This document shows, in pieces, positions 50,661 through 61,789 of a DNA stretch of 64,000 nt. Both the position numbers and the translations under genes were made by a program. The notes below the pieces were generated by a model that saw nothing but the letters and a program-made list of their open reading frames with translations, was not told the DNA's origin and searched no databases. The stretch is taken from NCBI RefSeq assembly GCF_030684315.1, contig NC_081391.1, positions 14,299,342 through 14,363,341 of the forward strand, in the 5' to 3' direction. How positions within the stretch are numbered: the stretch's first letter is position 1; every line of letters begins with the position of its first letter. Source of the DNA: Stegostoma tigrinum (taxonomy: Eukaryota).

Positions 50661-53600
50661 ACTGCTGATCACAATCTCTACTCTGGATGTACAGAGAAAG
50701 CAGAGGGTTGACTATTAAACAAGGGTGTTGTAAATAATGCAAAACAGTGAAGTTGTTTGCTCTGAAGCTTACCTGTCCTTCACTCATCCCTCTCTGGCTT
50801 CTGAGGATGGAGAGGGGTAACAGCCTGCAGGTTGCCCTGGATCTGGAGAAGAATGTGAACCAGAGTTTGCTGGATCTACACCAACTTGCCACAGCCCAGA
50901 CTGACCCTCATGTAAGCTTCATCACCTCATTGTGATCACTTGGTGTTAATCAGGTGAAGTGGGTTGAACATGCCCATGTGGTAAATGAAGGGTGGGGGTG
51001 TTGGAGCAAGGGGTGTTATCCCAGTGACTTGGTCAGTTAAAGGATTCAAAGTAATCTGTAAAGCTGCACTGAGCACACTAGTCTTTTCCCCAGTAACAGT
51101 CACTAAAGTAGGAAAAAATTTGCCAGCAACATTGCTGCAGATTCTGAACCAGTGAGCATTGAAGTAGAGTTCTTTTAACTGACATGTGATTTATCTCAAG
51201 ATACATTGTCATGAAATCAGGGGAAAATCCCCACCACAAATTGTGGTTCCTCTTGCAATGTTTGACACTTGCCTTCCTTCCAGCTGTGCAACTTCCTGGA
51301 GACTCACTATTTGGATGAGGTGGAGATCGTCAAGCAACTTGGGGACTACATCACCAACCTGAAGCACCTGGGAGCCCCTGAGAATGGGATGGGAGAGTAC
51401 CTGTTTGACAGGCTCTCCCTGGAGGACAGCAGTTAGTGTGCCCTGGAGTACTGTCTGCTTGGTCTGAATGCATTCCCCACTTCACCCTGGGAAACCTGTC
51501 TGCTTCCAGGGAGAAGGGACTTTTGTAGCAAAGAATGTAATGGCTGTACCAGCTGAATGGGAATGAATAAAATGTATTGAGCTTGCTTATTGCCCATCAT
51601 TTGACTACTGATCTAATTTGGTAGATAATTCCTGGCTTGCAGCATTGTTCAGCCAATCAAAATGCAGATCAAGTCACATCAAACCAAAACACTTCACTAG
51701 ATCTTCCTGTGAGACCCCCCTCTTATTGGAAAGGGATAATTAGATGATGCTCCTCTATAGTGAACAAGGAAATTCAAATTATTCACAAGTGGAATGTGAG
51801 GTCAGGGTTTGCAGTCCAGGAGAAAAGTCTTTCTTTGTACAAGCTAGTCCAGTTTGGGACACTGTGTGGTTACTATTGCAGTTAGAAGGGATTGTCTTCC
51901 ATTGTGCAAGGAAGATTCCCCTACTTTTTATACAAGGAAAGACAAGATATCCAGGTTAATAACCCTCCCGGCACTGATTGCATGTTTGCTTCCAGCTTTC
52001 CCTTCAAACAGTTACCCCTCAGCCTCAATGAAAAAAGCTCTTTCATGTTATTCATAAATCACAATGTGAAGACAAATTACATGATCTAGCCATGGGATCA
52101 ATTCATCTCACCCAAAGTGCAAGGGAAGAGAGAGAGATCAATCAGGCTGTGATTTTTTTTTTTCTACCCAGGAGGTGGAACCATCTAGTCTGGGGATGAT
52201 GCAATCTCCATGGGGCTTTAACATGACCTGCAGAGTCTATTCTAAACACCGCTGCTCCCTCTTCCACTCTGCACCAGACCTAAGACTCCAGGGAGCTGGT
52301 TGGGGCTCAGACCAGCACAAGGCCCTAAGATTGTCAATCTTTCCCTTAGTTATAAACCCTCAGCAATTGGGCAGTTTCACCAGTTTCTTCCTCAGTTTCA
52401 GTTCCACACTGCTGCTTGGTACCATACCCATCCCAATCCCAGTTCAGCAAGGGATTAATCAAATTAATGAAACACCCTTGTGGGGAAGCTTTGATTGGCA
52501 ATAGTGTCAAAGTTGCTCATTTTGTTTCCCTCTCCTGGGACTCCTGACTCCCATCACCACGTCTGCACTTACTGCAATGATCTTCAAGCCTCCCAGCCTA
52601 AGGCTGGAAAAATACAGTCTGAACGTTCACAGCAGTCGGTTCAAGACGTTCTCCTGAACTGTATTGGATTATATTGCAGTGTCTCAGTGATTTATAATGC
52701 AGTGTCTGTCTCAGTGCCATCTACAGCAGGCTAACAGTGACTGGGATTAGCACAGCAATGCTGCCATTTCATTGGCTCATGCTGCTCCCTTGGTTCCTCT
52801 GAGCTTCCCACACAGTGAGGGTTACTCCTGATGCAGGTTGATTTCACCCAGTGATGTTGAACAAAGTGATATTCTGTTCAACTTGGGAACAGTGTGACTG
52901 AGGGAGGAAATCTAGAGTTGTAGATGGTCCTGGATCCTGTACAGCTCCTTCCCATTTCCTTCCTCCCCATCGGAGACAACATCCTGAGGATTGTTTCAGT
53001 GAATTTTATAGGAAGTGCACCTGACAGTTTTTGTGAAGGGGGGGTTCGTTAAGGCACTGAATGTACTTGTTCCATCACAGACGTCCTTTTTACTTTAAAC
53101 TATCCCAACTTGTGGCTTATAGAATCCCTGCAGGTCAGGAACAGGCCATTTGATTCATTTAGTCTGCATAGAGTCTCTGAACCCCATGCTGCTCAGACCC
53201 ACTCCATCCATGTTTCCCATGGCCAACGCACCAAGCTTGCATATCCCTGACACTATCTGCAACTTAGCATTGTCAACTCACCTAACTTGCAAACTGGACT
53301 GTGGGAGAAAACTGGAGCACAAGGAGAATGTACAAACTCCACACAGACAGTACCCGAAGTCTGTAATGGAACACAGGCCCCTGTCGCTGGGAGGTAACCG
53401 TGCGAACCACTGAGCTACCATCACACCCTAATGTACCAAACAAAGGAATATGCTGATGCATTCTATGAGAGTCATTGAGTCATACAGCCTGAAAACAGAC
53501 CCTTCAGCCCAACCTGTCCATGCCAACCACGTTTCCATAACTGAATGAGTCCCACTTGCCCACGTTTGTCCCATATCCCTTGAAACCATTCCTATAAATG

Positions 53601-55004
53601 TAAATCTCTAAATGTCTCTTCAATGTTGTAATTATACCCACTTCTACCACTTCCTCTGGCAGCTCGTTCCATAAACACACCACCCTCTGTGTGAAAATGT
53701 TGTCACTCATGTCCCCTTTCAATCTTGCCCCTCTCCTCTCAAACTGATGCCCTCTAGTTTTAGACTCCCCTACCCTGTCCCAGCATGCTTTTTATATACA
53801 GTCAATCTCGAGTGTGCCAATGGCAAGGCTACATTTAGTGCTCAGCAACAATTACACTCCAGGAGGTGGTGATGAGCTGCTTATTACAGTCCACCTGGTG
53901 TGGGAGAGACCAGAATGATGCTGCTGCTGCTGCTGCTGAGGAGGGGCTTCTGGGATGTTCATTCACAAACAGGGATATTGTTCCAAGTCAGGATGGTGAT
54001 GGATTTACATGGAGCTGCTTGAGTGATGTAGGGGCTGCACTGATCCAGAAAATTGAAAAGTATTCCAGCACTATTCCTAATTTCAGTCTTATAGATAGTG
54101 GACAGGCTTTGGAAAGTCAAGACTTGAGAATTCTCAACAGAATTCCCAGCCTCTGACTTGCTCTCATAGCCATGAATGTTCATAAGAATTGACCTCCAAT
54201 TATGGTTTCATGTGTGATATTTATGCTTGTAAGTCAATCCAATAAGCTAGGACTAGACTACGTCCTGGTATTTGAAGCAGATATTGAGTAAAAGTAACTT
54301 GCTTCCACCAGTCTGTACATCAGTGCTGTGATCATACTTGAACATTCATTGGGGATCCTCAATTCCCAAAGCCTCACAGACCACCAGTCCATGGGAGGCT
54401 GCTCCATTCAACACAATCAACTTCAGGTTGAGAGACAGAGGCAGGTACGGACCAAGGGTGGTTGGGAGGACAGTTGCTCACTTGTGCATTCTAGAGAATG
54501 CCATGTAAACAGAACCAGAAACTCTCACTTGGAAACACACTTCAATTGAGGGCTAGTTCTGTTTTGAAACAATTAAAAACTGAACATGGAGATAGAGACG
54601 TTGAACGTGCGATCTGCTTCCTGCAGCAGTTTTACAAGGAGGCCTGAGGTCTACCGTGTGCCTGAGGCGCTCAGCACATTTAGCATTTTGCTTTTCAAAC
54701 TGGGCTTCATGAGACCCAATGTCAAGGAGATCACAGCAGGTTCAGAATGGATCCACAAAGTACATCAGTTACACGTACTAGATGACCCAAAAGCACATTC
54801 ATTCTGTTGATGCACAGCAGTAGGAAAATGTTTAATGTCAACAAAATCTAGCCATTTTTCAATGGACTCCAACACTGTCATTTGAAACATATGAAGACAA
54901 ATCCCTCAGAGTAACAAACTGACAGAATTCAGCAAATCTGCGATGAGCGTGTCTTAATAGTTAACCTCAGATACTCAAGTGAAGTTGTAGAGTATATTTT
55001 ATTG

Positions 55005-55236
55005 TCATTTTCAGGTAGATACTTACAGAATTTACTCTTGTGCAGGAGGTCAAAAGTCAAACAGCAATTCCATCATCGACTAGTTGTCAATTCTGATTGG
55101 TTTCTGGATCCAATCCCCATCCTGCATTGATTGGACGTGGCAGCTGATCAATTGAGTAACAAGAGTGATTGGCCATCACTGATGATGTCATTTCCTGCTT
55201 CATAAAATGAGGGTCTGCTCCTGCAGTATAAGTAAT
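55005..55236 (+). promoter_or_regulatory. Proximal promoter of copy 7
   Basis: DR1-like 55047-55059, CCAAT boxes, TATAAGTA 55227. Confidence 0.72.
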
Positions 55237-55331
55237 GTCTCAATGATGTTATGTTTTTTTGTCTAGTTGATGCTGGTTCTAAGTTTGTCACTTTTGTTGT
55301 CAGTAAAGTAAAACAAACTCCTCATCACAAA

Positions 55332-58300
55332 ATGGCCTCCCAGATCAGTCAGAATTATCACCAGGATTGTGAAGCTGCTGTCAACAAGCAGATTAATGTG
55401 GAGCTCACTGCCTCCTATCTCTATCAGTCTTTGGTGAGTGTGGCTTCTAAAGGGTTTAAAATTTAATCTATTATTTTGAAGTGAATGGTTTCCCTTGTTT
55501 TGCGTTAACTTGACACCCTTGTAGGTTGACTTTTAGTTGTCCATAACTAACTCAATTCAGGATGAATGTGACTGCTATCAAAGCTGATGATAGCTAGTGA
55601 TAAATGGAGAATGAAGTGTTCTTTACTGTTAGTTTACAGGTAACTTAAATAGTTGTGCCTGTCATTCCCTCTCTAGGATTGTCAAAACTGGATATTTGTT
55701 AGGCCCCCTTTTGGGGTGGTGTGGTGTCTGTGGTTAATGCTACCTCCCAGTTCTAAGGGCCTGTTTGATCTGAAATTTGGGCAAATCTACAAATTGTAGA
55801 AAGATCTTTGTCTCTCCTCCCACAATCCAAAGATGTGCAGAGTGGGTAGGTTGGACAATTCAGCATGTCTACGGTGTCCAAGACTGTGCAGCTCAAGTGG
55901 GTGGACCATGTGACATGCATATGACTGACAAGGTTGGGTGTGGATTTGACTAGGATGCTGTTTCTGGGGTTGGTGTGGTCTTGATGGGCTGAATGGCCTA
56001 CTTCAACACAGGTGTTCTAGGGTTCTGATTTTCCCTTTTTAGAAACACTATTGGATTAACTATATTGATGGAATAGAAGTGCCTGTTGGCTAGTCACTCT
56101 CTCTTGGCTGTTGTACATTAACTTGACTCTTAGTTTGAGGTGATCCTAGATAAACATGATGCTAACTTGGATCTACAAAGATTGCCAGTCAGATTTTCTT
56201 TTGCTTGTCTGACCTAAATAATTTAAGGCCAGGCTGTGACAGTGGGCCACAATTGTGGTCTAGATAACTTATTTCCTGCACGTACTATTTGAGATGGGTG
56301 TCTGTAGTGAGGTGATTATTTCAGGCTCATCCCTGCACCAGGAGGAAGAGTTGATGATCAACGGTGTGTTGGTGCTGCTGGATTGTCCTGAGATATATGA
56401 CCCAATAACAGTGAAGTACTAGAGATTCTGTTCCTATGCTGGCCAAACTTGAAACCGGCCTCTTTCTCCAGTTGGTGCTGTACCTGTGACTGCCTAAGTG
56501 GTAGGATTTCTGGGTGTGAAAAGTTTGTATGATCCTTCCTCAGTGAGGAAAACATTGTCTTGCAATAGCTCATGGTTGCTTTATCCTCAGGATTGAGGGA
56601 CTGAATGGCCTAATCCTGTTTTGTATTGATTAGTTTTGTTTCCCAATTCTACATTCAGAAAAATGAACCAGTGACCCGAATTCCTTCTGGTTAACTTTGA
56701 ATTGAGTGAGGTAGGTTGTACTTACTCCAGTTCTTTCCAACTGAGCTTTCACTTTGTCAAAAGCTCCAACTTAATGTTCAGCATGGAACCAATTTAAACC
56801 TACACCTGCATGACTGACTGAACAACGAGCTTCTTGCCCATTTTAATATACCAGAGGTTTCACACCTTTATTGAATAGTCAGTTTGATCTGGATTGCTAA
56901 AGTTTTCTAATTCAAATGAGAACTGAGGCCACAGATATAATGGGATGTAAATTGTTCTCTCTTCCAGATAATCTACTTTGACTGGGACGATGTTGCCCTT
57001 CCCCATTTCTCCCGGTTCTTCAAAGATCAGTCCCAGGAGAAGCGGGAACATGCAGAGAAGCTGCTGAAATTCCAGAATCAGCGTGGAGGCCGAGTCCTCC
57101 TCCAGGATGTGAAGGTTGGTGTTGGGTGGATATGGCTTCTTGTCGTCAGTGACAGGATTTTCACATTCTCAAGAAATTTTTTTTAAAAAGCTCTTTTCTT
57201 GGCTTCCCTGTTTGTTCTCCGAGTCAGGCAGCATAGAAACAAACCCTTTGGCCCACCATAACTATGCTGCCCAAAAACCCCCAAACTGCACGAATCCCAT
57301 TTACTCCACTCTGTCTGTACCGTACTTGTCCAGATGCTGTTCAATGTTGGAGTAGCTGCCTCATCATTCCCCCCACCCCCTCAGGTGGTACATTCAAATT
57401 TCTAGCAACCTCCTTTTGGGAGTGTGGTGGGGGAGGGGGAAGAGAGGTGTTGGGAAGAACTCCCCCCAGTCCCCTCTAACCTGCTGACTCCTCAAACCTG
57501 TGCGCCCTCATCTTGGTGTCTGCTGCGGGGAAGACATTCTCCCCATCTACTGTCTGGACTCCCCAATCTTCTATACTTCTAACTTTGTCAGTCCCTTCTC
57601 CAAGGAAAATTTCTGCCTATCCAACCCCTCAATGGACTTTCCACCTCTAGCAATGTTCTGGTGACCCTCGCTGCCCTCCCACCCCCTGTAGGTGCCATCC
57701 TGTCCTACTGATTGTGGTCCTAGTCATAACACTCTTCCATCTGTGATCCGGCCAGAGTTTTGTGGGAGTGGGGTGGGGTGTGGCTGCCCTTGTGATGTGG
57801 TTTATGTTCATGTTAACTAATTATTGCATCCTAAAGGCAGGTGTAACAAGTGAAGTACTTCTTTGAACTTCACCTATTATCTGTCTCCATGATGTGCAAG
57901 CACTATACTGTATCGGTTCTGAGTTAATCTCCACTGTGTTCCTGTGTTAGTGGTTTCAGTGAGATCAAGTGTACACTCAGGATCTAGGATCTAGGTTCAA
58001 GGTCTGGTGACAACGTGACTGGACTCAGTTTTTAAAGCAATTCTGTTTGTACCAAGTACAATCGGACAAGATCCAAGTGTGTGCTCCTTCTCTAACTTCA
58101 TTAGACATAACAGCAATGATTGTAGAGGGAAAGCATAAACAGTCAAGGGTCAACTGTTGAACAAGGGTTCTGCATGTAATGGGAAACAGTGAGGTTTGTC
58201 CTGAAGCTTACCTGTCCTTCTCTCCATCCCCAGAAGCCAGAGAGGGATGAGTGGGGTAACAGCCTGCAGGCAATGCAGGTTGCCCTGGATCTGGAGAAGA

Positions 58301-58962
58301 ATGTGAACCAGAGTTTGTTGGATCTACACCAACTCGCCACAGCCCAGACTGACCCTCATGTAAGCTTCACCACCTCATTGTAATCACTTAGACAGTGTTA
58401 ATTGGGTGAAGTGGACTGAATATGCCCATGTAGGCTGAAGGCCCAGCTCCTTGTAATACCCAGAACAAGGGATGTTATCCCAATGTCCTGGCCAGTTGTT
58501 AAAGGATTTAAAAAGTTGTCTATAGAACTGCTGTGCGCACAGGGCTTCTTCCAGTATTAGTTACTAGAATAAGGAAAAATCTAGCCAGTGATGCTTCAGC
58601 AGATTCCAAATGCCAATCTTTGCTCTTTAGCACCCTTTCTCTCATGCACTGAATATTCCAAGCTGATTGTTCCCAATGAGCTTTGAAGTTCAGTTTTAAT
58701 TAGTTGGTAGAATGACCAGCTGAAAGTGATACTCACTGTGAAATCAGTGGAAGTGTCCTGCCACATGCTAACTCTTGCAATATTTTACTGCCTGCCTCCC
58801 TTCCAGCTGTGTGACTTCCTGGAGACTCACTATTTGGATGAGGAGGTGGAGATCATCAAGCAACTTGGGGACTACATCACCAACCTGAAGCGCCTGGGAG
58901 CTCCTGAGAATGGGATGGGAGAGTACCTGTTTGACAGGCTCTCCCTGGAGGACAGCAGTTAG
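55332..58962 (+). CDS. Ferritin heavy/middle-subunit-like gene, copy 7 (intact, terminal copy)
   Basis: Exons 55332-55433, 56968-57114 (starts IIYFDWDD), 58234-58359, 58807-58962; open frame; distinct 3'UTR with AATAAA at 59055 and 59085. Confidence 0.93.
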
Positions 58963-60889
58963 CGTGGCCTGGAGTATATTGTTTTCTGTCAACTTTCTCC
59001 AGGTAGAGTTGGAAGCAAGTAGTCAATGTCACACTTTTTTTTGTCAGAACTTGTAATAAAGAATCACTTGCTCTACCTCATTGAAATAAAATCTTTGATC
59101 TACCTGTCCACTGGTCATAACACTGACATCACAGTTTAATCTGCCAGCTATTGGAGTCCACCTTTCTCCTTGAGGCATATGGATGTTAAGTCAACACTTG
59201 TCTACCTCCCGTCTTCCTTTGTGAGAAGAACATAAACTGTTGTGGTTTGTGGTAGTAGCTCAATAGGTGTTGGGTCCTGTTTTGGAGAAATGAACTGAAT
59301 AAGCATTCCTACTATATTTGCAACATTGGCTTAAAATTAAACCGCTGCAAATCTCTTGTTGTCCCTAACTAGACTTTCAAATGACCAATTCTAGACACTG
59401 ATTATGCTACGTAAGGAATTAAACAGATATCTTTCTTTATTTAGGGGAAGAAAACATAGTCCCTTTTTTAAATAAGTCTTTTCAGGTCCTTGTCTGTATT
59501 TTGGGTGACTATCAAGTTAAAGGCTACATAAGAATAACAAAACTGGCCACCTTTTTAAGGGTTTTCTCAATACATTGTTTGAGTGACCCAACACAGATGT
59601 GGACTCCTTTTTTGGTTCAATACAGACAACTACAATGTGGTCATACTCAGGTCGTAATATTTCTAACTTGGCTTTCTACTGTCCAAAGGGTGTGGAGGAT
59701 TAAGCTTAGAGCTTTGCAAGCTCCCTGCCCTGTTGGCAGCAGCCCAGCTCCCTTTGCTTTGAAAGCGTGTTCCAAAAACAACCCCAAATCTGAGTGTACA
59801 GCTATGCTTTCTGTTTGATTCCCTGGCCTCTGTTACCATTCAACATCTGCTTCAATTATAGGGTCTTTGTGACTTGCTAGAACAATCTTATTTTCAGGTA
59901 CTGACCCCACTTAATAACTTTAATTTGTGCATTTTTTTAAATGCAATGCTTTTCTTGGTGTCACTAGATCTGTAGGAAATGCTTTGGTTTAGAACTTGGC
60001 CTTCATTTAAACCCTAGGCTCTTCAAACAAAGCCTGTTGGCTTTTTTCAAAAATACATTTAAACAGTGTCAAACAAAGATTGGCAGAGAAATGCAAAATC
60101 AGCAAGAGTTCTGCTGAGCATCCACAGTGCCTTAGGTCGGGGGTTGGTGTTTGGAGCTGACCTTTCTCACCCACGTCCCTAATTTGTATTGCCTACTGTG
60201 CTAGCCCAGTTCTGGTGACATTCATTCTATCATATGGCTGAAGTTCCAGAGTCACCAAGACTAGGCAAGGGACTGGAGATACCTTTCTCTGAAGGACGTT
60301 GGTAAAGTAGGTGGAATTTTGATGACATGTCAGCAGTTGCATGCTTAAAGTGAGAAAACGTTGGTTTTAACACCACACCATAACATGGAGCTATTGGAAT
60401 TCACTGCCTCTCCCTTCCCATTACTAGAAGATGAAACAGAAACTATCTCACAGTGCCTGTCCCTGTTTCCCTTCAGCCTGAAGAGACCTATGTTTGGAAT
60501 AATTCACAACCAGAATCTGTTCTCCTATGGTCTTGTGACAGTAGTTTATATTTTTTAAAAAATCAACTCCACACTGCCATGAGATATTTCTGCCTGACCT
60601 TGGAACGTATACTCTGTCACATGTCACCATATATGGCTGTCTTTTCATGTGCTTCAGCTCCTCACTGATCAGTAGGAATGTTTCCAAAAGGAGCGGTTTG
60701 ATTAATGTTAGGTTAGCGCCATCCTTTGGGGACAGGGTGAAATGTTGAGGCTAATGTGCTTCTAAGATAAACTGTGATGTAACCATGATCTGATAACTTG
60801 CTGGGAGATCAGAGCCTGAACTTGCGGCTCTATGGCCTTAGCACTGTGTAAGAAATGTTGCTTAAAAGTAACCTAGAAATTAGTCCTGA

Positions 60890-61415
60890 TCTAGTGTGAA
60901 GACTGAAGGATCACTGGCCCTGAAACATTAACTCTGATTCCTCTCCGCGGCTGCTGCCAGACCTGCTGAGATTTTCCAGCAACTTAAGTTTCTGGTCCTT
61001 GTCAGGACGTATTCGTTTGTTTACAATCTGTCAACAAACTTCCACCTTGGATCCCACATCCATCTGCACCTAAGATTTGATTTATTATTGCTCCCGGAAA
61101 CTGAAATACAGTATTTATTTTGCACGCTCCACAATCAGGTCCTACATACAAATTGCATCAGGGCTGCAGAACAGAGCGCAGATTCGTGTTACAGCCATAA
61201 AGGGAGATCCGAATTAACATTGGACAGGTCTGTTCAAAAGTCCAATAGCAGCAGGGAAGAAGCTGTTCTTGAATCTGTTTGGACAAGTATCGAATCAGAT
61301 GATTGGGAAGTAGTAACAAAAACAGAAGTTGCTGGAAAAGCTCAGGAGGCCTGGCAGCATCTGTGGAGGAGAAAACAGAGTTAACGTTTCAGGTCTGGTG
61401 GCCCTTCCTCAGAAC
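60890..61415. mobile_element. Two oppositely oriented Penelope-type terminal fragments (about 60890-60995 and 61315-61415)
   Basis: GCTGCCAGACCTGCTGAG..TTTTCCAGCAAC and its reverse complement; hammerhead-like cores. Confidence 0.55.
61380..61415 (-). ncRNA. Minimal type I hammerhead ribozyme motif, second Penelope family
   Basis: Minus strand GTT-CTGAGGA-AGGGCCACCAGACCT-GAAA-CGTT-AAC; GTT/AAC forms stem I and the core is intact, but stem II is weak. Confidence 0.5.
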
Positions 61416-61789
61416 GGGAAGTAGTTTCAGTTTGCTGAGTGCTTATCTTTGAACTGAAAGTCATAAATCACAATTTGCACCCAGATGTTAAAGTGCACCT
61501 GTCTGAAATAGACACAGCCTTTCCTCTGTTGGGGTCTTAATTATTTACGGTGGTTGTCCATTTCTATTCAATGGGCATCTGATCCACCTCTTAATCCTCT
61601 GGTCCCTGGAGTACGCTCCAGAGCCTTTGTTGACATAGCCCCATTGCTATTTCCCTGGAGGCCTCCACGCACAGAGCTGGAGAAATTCCTCTCTCAAGTT
61701 CACAGCAGCAATATCCCAGGAGCTCTGACGTAGAGAAAAAAAATCATTCTTTAATGATCCTGACCAGAACCATATTGGATTACAAAATT

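Larger units (their letters stand above)
46266..51436 (+). pseudogene. Ferritin-like copy 6, multiply disabled
   Basis: Exon 1 46266-46367 is intact. Exon 2 47811-47946 has an 11-nt deletion. The exon 3 acceptor is inverted (50781-50814) and the remnant 50815-50911 has a 9-nt deletion. Exon 4 51284-51436 has a 3-nt deletion and D>N at the three-fold channel. TATA is degraded to TATGAATA (46154). Confidence 0.93.

Noticed and set aside
1-59100. Link between ferritin expansion and shark magnetoreception or yolk storage
   Set aside because: Nothing in the sequence supports a specific physiological role; expression data would be needed.
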